DNA of 64,000 nucleotides from the NCBI GenBank assembly GCA_002269645.1, contig NIVC01000029.1, positions 310,001 through 374,000 on the forward strand. Reading direction: 5' to 3'. Each line of letters begins with the position of its first letter. Position 1 is the first letter of the stretch. Origin of the DNA: Macrostomum lignano (taxonomy: Eukaryota). The position numbers and the translations under genes are program-made. The notes under the pieces were generated by a model, which saw only the letters and a program-made list of their open reading frames with translations, made no database searches and had not been told where the DNA came from. Positions 44,924-64,000 of the stretch are shown piece by piece.

Positions 44924-46764
44924 ATGTCACGCACAACCGTACCGCTCCTTTTCACCTTGATTGTAACTTTGACAAAGTCAATCGATGTCGAGCTGATGGA
45001 ATTTGAAGACGAGCTTTCTGACCCAGATTACATCTGCCACTGGAGCATCTGGACTGAGTCTGCTTGTCAGCGGCTCTCCAACACGGGCGCCTGTCGGGCC
45101 GATCTCAGGCGTCGCTGCGTCTGCCTGAAGTTTGCCAACATTCCGCACAATTTAAACTCCACCGACTACTTGACGAGGACTTGCAGTTTTGGTACGCTGC
45201 AAGAAAAAACTGACAAGGTTTGTGGGGTCTTCTAATAATAATAATAACAGTTGATTACACCTGCCATGAGCAGATGTACAACCGACAGCTCAGCGGTCGG
45301 AAGGCTGCGTACGGCTGTTCAGTCCAAGAACTGGGGGGTCGCCACACAACCTCAATTACCCCAGCTAATGCTGGCACCCATTTTACAGCTGGGTGAACTG
45401 AAGCAATGCAGAGTTAAGTGTCTTGCTCAGGACACAAATTGTTCCAGTGAAATCAGGAATCGAACCCCCGACCTTCAAGTCGTGAGTCCGAGGCTCTGGC
45501 CACTAGGCTGCAACCCCCTGATATTCATTTGTCGGATAGACAGCCAGTATGGACTAAAGTACTCTACTGAAATATGACAGAAATAAATTCTCATGTTGAA
45601 CTGATGCGGGCACTATTTTAGAAAAACTGCCTCCTCGCCTGTTAGCGCCGAACCACATTTCGTCCAGCCTCACTGCAGCAAGGGCTTAGCTGCCTCATCC
45701 GTTGGTTTCAGTTTACTAATCTCTCTTCTATGATTAGTCCTTCAGCTTAGTCCACAATGAGTTTGATCTCGTTTAACGAGAACTGCAGATTTTGGTAATT
45801 ATAATGGTTTCCTTTACGATTTGCAAGCAAGCAAGCATCAAATTTACGCGTGTGTCGTCGCATTCATTGCGCAGAGTTGGCTTTACCTATGTTAAATGGG
45901 CTTAATTTGTCCCCTTAGAGGCGGTCACATTGAGCGAGTGACAAAAATTAAGCTTCATAAGCTTGCTGTGTTAGAGTGTAAAAAATTATAGTTTTGAATT
46001 TTGAGAACGTACAACTGCTTAGTGCATATTCGGGTGTCGTTTTCGTCGTGTTAAATTTTAGCCATGAAGGCACCAACCCCTAAGGCTGAGAGTGTGTACA
46101 TGCCGGACAATGAGGACTGATAAGTGCATTAATCCTTCACCGGCACCTCCAGCCCAATGGTCGTTGCGACTCCAACTGTCAACTATTGGACGGCTTCTTT
46201 CGCAGAGTGGAAGGCCTGCACGGCGCCTGGTGCTCCTGGTCGGATTGGCAGCGATCTACCTGTAAGGTCAGCTCCGACGGCCTGATGGAGGGCTTCCAGA
46301 CCAGCCAGCGCAAGTGCCTGTGCCCGCCGCCGTGGCTAGAGGGCGACGTCTGCCACGGAAGCGACTCTCGGTCTAGCAACTGTCGCGACAGTCTCAACGA
46401 TGTGCCCAGCCGATTTCTAAACATTTGGCGCGGCCTATTCGACAGTGCAGTGATTGGAGTCATTCTTCCGTCGGCTCTGATTATTTGGTTCTGCTGTTTA
46501 GCCGGTCCGATGCGTCAGGGACTGCAGTTCGGTCGGTTGCAGTCAGCCGCCGTGATTGCCGAGCTGCGAGTGCATCGGGCCAGGCACCTGGCGGCGTTGA
46601 GGAAACAAGCGGAAGAGCAGCGACGCGCCGCAGGCGGCAGTGCGAGTGCGAGTCAGGAGCAGGCGAGGAAAGCTGGCGAACTGGATCCCGCTAAGCGACG
46701 GATATTGCGCGGCAGAGAGGCGACTCGGTTGAGACGGAGGCGAAAATTTATTTGGCAGGCTTGA
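44924..46764 (+). CDS. Type I membrane protein with thrombospondin type-1-like repeats, 2 exons (44924-45217, 46153-46764), 301 aa
   Basis: Signal-peptide-like N-terminus; CHWSIWTESAC...RRRCVC and WCSWSDW...C...G.Q...RKCLCPPP...G..C.G.....C (TSP1 pattern); hydrophobic AVIGVILPSALIIWFCCLA; basic tail. aag|gtttgt and ctccag|ccc join in phase 0. Confidence 0.72.
45251..45518 (-). mobile_element. tRNA-derived SINE family A (CORE-like), copy 2, in the TSP1-gene intron
   Basis: Reverse complement of the 32110 copy; (TTA)n tail at 45232-45247. Confidence 0.8.
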
Positions 46765-48716
46765 CCTATTTGAAATATAGTTCAACTCCGGTCAGGTTTG
46801 TAATTTCCAGAGAGATAGATGAATAACTTTGAAAGTAAGACCTTGTTGCGTATTTTATAATGTGTTGATTTCGTTGAATTTTTTAGAGCCATTAACTTGG
46901 ATATCTTTATTCATCAGTCGATATTGAGTGGTGAAAATGAATTCTCATGATCCACTTTAGGTCTGAATCGTCCAGATCTCTCTGAGTTGCCTGGAGAATA
47001 AGACGTTGTTGTCATCGATAGTGAAAAAGTCATAAAACATGACCGGAGAAAACAGACAAAAAGCAATAGAGACTCCGGACTATAGATGGGATTTCAGTTC
47101 GGTAGAACTTTGAAGCTGCGCATGTTTGGACAAATCCTTTTATTTGAGATGGGGAGATGGGAGAGAGAAAAGACTAAGCCATCTCAATCACCGCCTTGTC
47201 TTTAGCTAGCCTTAGCCTAAGTATAGCAGTTTCCTGTTTTTGGTGTTTGCATAATGCATGCCAACTGGGTGAGTCTCTACACTGCGGAGCCATCGACTAA
47301 GCGTATATCAGTTTCGTAGCAGAGAGCCCTGTGCATTCATTCATTCAATAGACCCTTTTACTCTTTCTCTTTGTCGTCGCCAGTCAGTCCGGTGTTTCCC
47401 CAGTCCCTATATAGGGAGTTCACGCAGAGGATATAGCCATAATTTAAGAGCTCTTTAAACCCTTTAGTAAGACTAGTCCAGACAGCTGAATCTTCTTAAG
47501 TCTTGTTGGATTAGCCGACAGCTAAATAGAGGGGATTAAGAGTGCCAAAAGACAAGTGAAACTGCATGGCTAAGCTATGTTTGTCGGTAATCTGTGCCGT
47601 AAAACATAACATTTGTTTCTTTTTACTTCATTGACAAAAAGTACACCGTTTGCCTAAAACAGAAAGAGCGAGAAAAAGTAGTAAAAGCATGGACAGCGTT
47701 CTTGTTATAGTCTCCGTCCTACTCGTCTGGTCGTCGGGCAAGGCGCTCCATCTCTCACGGGTTGTAATGAGGATAATGGGATTTCCTGATGCGCTAAAGA
47801 GAGAAAGAGGGGCGGAGAGGGGAGAAGATTGAGAGTTCATCTCTTGGTGAGAAAAGAGTTGTGTGTGCGTGTGCGAAGCCGCAGTGCATTGGACCCAGCT
47901 GCCAGTAGCTGTGCTGCAGCAGGAAATGCAGACAGACCGAACAGACCCCCTAGGGACTGTCTCTCTCCGGCTAACTCCCTCTCTATCGGCGACTCCTTTT
48001 CTTCCTTCGTCTCACATTCTAGAGGGTATATGCCCGACCAATCGTTCAAAGTTCCTTAGTTCGTTTGCTGGTGAAAGATTAGTTCCGCGAGGGTAAACTG
48101 CATGCGCATGGAATATTACGATTAAAGACAACTGATTTTAAACGTCCAATATGAACCCGTCCTGAATAATGTAGATTTAAACGACAAATAATCAACCAGC
48201 TTTCTAGATTAGAGTCACGCCATTGCCGCATGCCCAATATCTCCACGCGAAACTTCTGTTGAGAAATTCCCAATCCGACTGCATGCAAAGCCACTGAAGC
48301 ATCTAGATAGATGAATAAAATCCTATGCTGAAATTGGCAGATCTGCGCACCTCATGATTGGAGGTTATCTGTTTCTAGCCAATCAAAATTGAGCCAAGCC
48401 TTAATGCATGACCAGTGCCAAAAAAAACTGCTCAACCATACACACTATTAAAGACACTGAGAGCAGCAGAAGGCTGGCTATACTCGCTGCATAAAAATTG
48501 ATAGTTAAATTGTGGTTGTCAAGGCCAGTTTTGACAGCACCGATAGCGTGTCAGTGCGTCAGTGAGTCAGTCCTTAGCTTAAGATAGCCATCATCGCCAT
48601 CAAAGAATAGAGAGACCCAATGTAAGCCCGATAGACCTCATTTCGCAGTTGCCCAAGCAAGCAGAAAAACGCGCCGGAAGTTGTGCCTCTTCTAGAGCAC
48701 TGAAAGCTCAATAGAG

Positions 48717-61346
<12,630 letters not shown>

Positions 61347-62270
61347 TGCTGGGTTTCTTCCGACTATAACTATAATTCCATTGTTAATTTTTAAACTGAT
61401 GGTTATTGTTGTTCCTATCTTATGCTTTGCTAACTCTGCAATGAAGCTAATGTATAATAGTGCTATAGCAATGCAACTAAAGCTATTATCATGTGCCCTC
61501 CATAATTATCTGATATTCGGATTTGTTTATCAAATAAAGCCGGAAACTTTTGTACACACGAGCTATCGAAACATCAAGTGATATTTTAAACCATGGAAAA
61601 CTATAAAGCACGAGATGTCAGTTTTACACTAAGAAGAAGACTGAAAGACACCTCATCAAACGTAGAGCAGTTTATGCTGCTACTCGAGTACAACGAATAC
61701 AAAATCATTCAACCACGTCTTTGCAGTTGACAGGATACTGTACTCCTGTACGCTTCATTGAATAAAACAAAAGAAAACAGCATCTGCTGTGTTTAGGAAC
61801 CCATGCGATACATTTCTGACAACCAGTTGATGCACAGTAGTCACTTATCCTAGCAGCTGTTCTGCTCAATTGAGCTGCAAAACATCATCTTCTAGCTTTG
61901 TGTTGCTAATATGTTTCGTTATTCACGCCTAGCTTATGCAAAAAATGTTGCTCAACCAATTGAGACGGTACATTTTCTCCCCTAAAAAATTCTGCCATTT
62001 GGCTTTTCTGAAGCGTCACTTTGCTGAGCCAAAGCTTACCGTGTAGGTTTCTTTTGTTGAGAAGATAACATTATATATACATGCAGCGGCGATGGGATTA
62101 AGATGTGTCTGCAAGCGAATCAACAGACACTTTTCCTGATCTCGCAGAAGAAACTTGCTGAAATGCGATCCAACTTTCTAATAAACAGCTTTATTAGTTT
62201 TATAGGTAAGTGCAATTTCGGCAAAACAGTCGGGATTCTAGGAATCGAGATACGTCTGGCCGCCCGTAAA

Positions 62271-64000
62271 ATGACAGCCAAGTACCATGTACTTTTACTG
62301 CTTGTACGGTGCTGGCAACCCTATGTCCGTGTGTTGAGGTGCGACTAACCATGGCCAACGGTGCTTAACTTACTATCGTGTTAGTCCTACTAGCTAGCAA
62401 CACAATAACGCCTGGAAATCTTAGCCTTCCTCCCACAGGCGCTCACTAGCTGCAGTCAATTTGTCCGCTCCTCCGGGCCAGTCCAGCTCGACCCGACCGT
62501 CAGTAGTTTCTTCATCAGCGAGCCCGGCTCAGCCTCCATCCAAGACTGCCTGCTCAGCTGCCGGTCGAAGGGGTGTGTCGCAGTCAGCCTGCTGCGGGCC
62601 AGCCGCATCTGCCAGCTGTTCTTCGTCGAGGACGCCTCGCGGACTGCCGGATTGCCGGGCAGCCACGCGTGGAGGTCGCTGGGATCCGAGGCTGGCGCCG
62701 AGGTGTGGAAGGCGGTCGACATCGACAGCATCATCGACTCCAGGAGGCTCAACATCACGCTGGAGTTTTCAAGTGAGTCGCCTGATTAATTCAATAAAGT
62801 TTAAAGCAATGAAGGCGTTTTAGAAAAGTGAGTTGGCGGATTCGACGTCCTAACACTCGAGCGAATTAAGCAGGGTTGGCTGCTGGCCTTGCAAGCTTGT
62901 CGGCGCATTTTATTCGATTTTGGGAGCCTGCGAATCTTCTAAAAAACACTAGGGATGCCAGCTACAAAGAGGATACCAGCTACAGAGGGGATGCCAACTA
63001 CAGAGAGGATACCAGCTACAGAGGGGATGCCAACTACAGAGAGGATACCAGCTACAGAGGGGGCGCCAGCTACAGAGGGGGCGCCAGCTACAGAGGGGGC
63101 GCCAGCTACAGAGGGGGCGCCAGCTACAGAGGGGGCGCCAGCTACAGAGGAGGCGCCAGCTACAGAGGGGACTGCAAAACTGCAAAACCCGCAGACTCGA
63201 GCACAGGTACGAACGGCTCCATTCTGCAGCTGTCAATCAACGTGACAGGCTGCTATCGAATTGAGGCAGCAGGAGCCGCTGGCGGGTCCAACAGTTTCCA
63301 CAATCGAGTCGGCGGCAGAGGCGCCTTCGCAGCTGGACGCTTCAAACTCGCTGCCGGCGCGCGACTGTCAATCGTGGTGGGCCAGGCTGGCGGCCCGACA
63401 ACGCTTGGCAACGCTGGTGCTGGCGGAGGCGGTGGTAGCTTCGTGTACATGACTGGGAGCGGCCAGCTGCTGCTGGCGGCAGGCGGCGGTGGCGGCGCCT
63501 CATCCTGGGCTTCAGGTGAGAAGCGGGTCTTATCTTCGAAAACTATAGCCAGGGTCATAAAAAGCATTTTCTCTTCTTTCGGCAACAACAGGCTGTCAAG
63601 GACTGGCCGCCAGCACCGGTGGCGACTCGAACGGCGGTAACAAGCTGAACACCGGCTACGGCGGCAGAAACGGCCAGCCTGGCAACAACGGCAACGGCAG
63701 CAATCCGAACTTCAACGGCGGCTCCGGCGCCGGCTGGCTGGGCATGGCGCCCCGACGAACCAATGCCGGGTACGGAGACTCTGGCGGCGATCGCAGCGTC
63801 GGTTGGATCGGCGGCGCGGCTGGCAGCGACGGCAGCGGTGGCGGCGACGGCGGGTTTGGCGGCGGCGGCGGAGGTGGACGCTCAGTTGGTGCGGCTGGCG
63901 CTGGTGGCGGCTACAGCGGCGGAGGCGCCGGGACCGGTGCTTATCACTCCGGCGGTGGCGGCGGCTCTGCCTGCGGGGACGGTGTCACCGGTGGCAGCGA
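62271..64000 (+). CDS. Secreted or extracellular protein: signal peptide + PAN/apple-like domain + ALK/LTK-type glycine-rich domain (3' truncated by window)
   Basis: Exons 62271-62303, 62439-62772, 63195-63515 and 63592->64000 join in phase. MTAKYHVLLLLALTSCS; DCLLSCRSKGCVAVS......CQL; YRIEAAGAAGG...GGRGA...G.F.L..G..L.IVVGQAG...GGGGGSFV.....LLLAAGGGGG; GGFGGGGG; GGGYSGG. Confidence 0.8.
62955..63172. repeat. 18-bp minisatellite (gccagctacagagggggc) in intron 2 of the glycine-rich gene
   Basis: Direct. Confidence 0.9.

Noticed and set aside
46900-47832. Signal-peptide-like starts on both strands (MDSVLVIVSVLLVWSSGKA plus; MLLLLFLALSVLG minus), possible small peptide-precursor gene
   Set aside because: No consistent spliced model could be built; likely chance in CT/GA-rich DNA.

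Overview
Eukaryotic (metazoan) genomic DNA with GC-rich exons, GT-AG introns and extremely dense minisatellites. This resembles repeat-rich flatworm genomes such as Macrostomum (inference, not verified). Contents from left to right: (1) a complete 5.4-kb CACTA/EnSpm DNA transposon (1969-7394; CACTG ends, TA TSD), whose transposase is broken by one in-frame stop and whose second ORF begins with a CIDE-N-like domain; (2) exon-like fragments of an unrecognised plus-strand gene (about 8.7-12.8 kb); (3) a full 16-exon PSME4/PA200 gene on the minus strand (33495->14060, about 1765 aa), with a different minisatellite in each of 12 consecutive introns; (4) two tRNA-derived SINE families (one CORE-like), an RTE-type LINE remnant and several non-autonomous DNA elements; (5) a 2-exon TSP1-domain membrane protein gene; (6) an M13/neprilysin-like gene that has lost its zinc-binding motifs; (7) the 5' part of a secreted PAN + ALK/LTK-type glycine-rich protein gene. 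Most long ORFs in the supplied track are artefacts of tandem repeats. All gene models were assembled by eye from splice sites, phase continuity and recalled family sequences; no searches were run.
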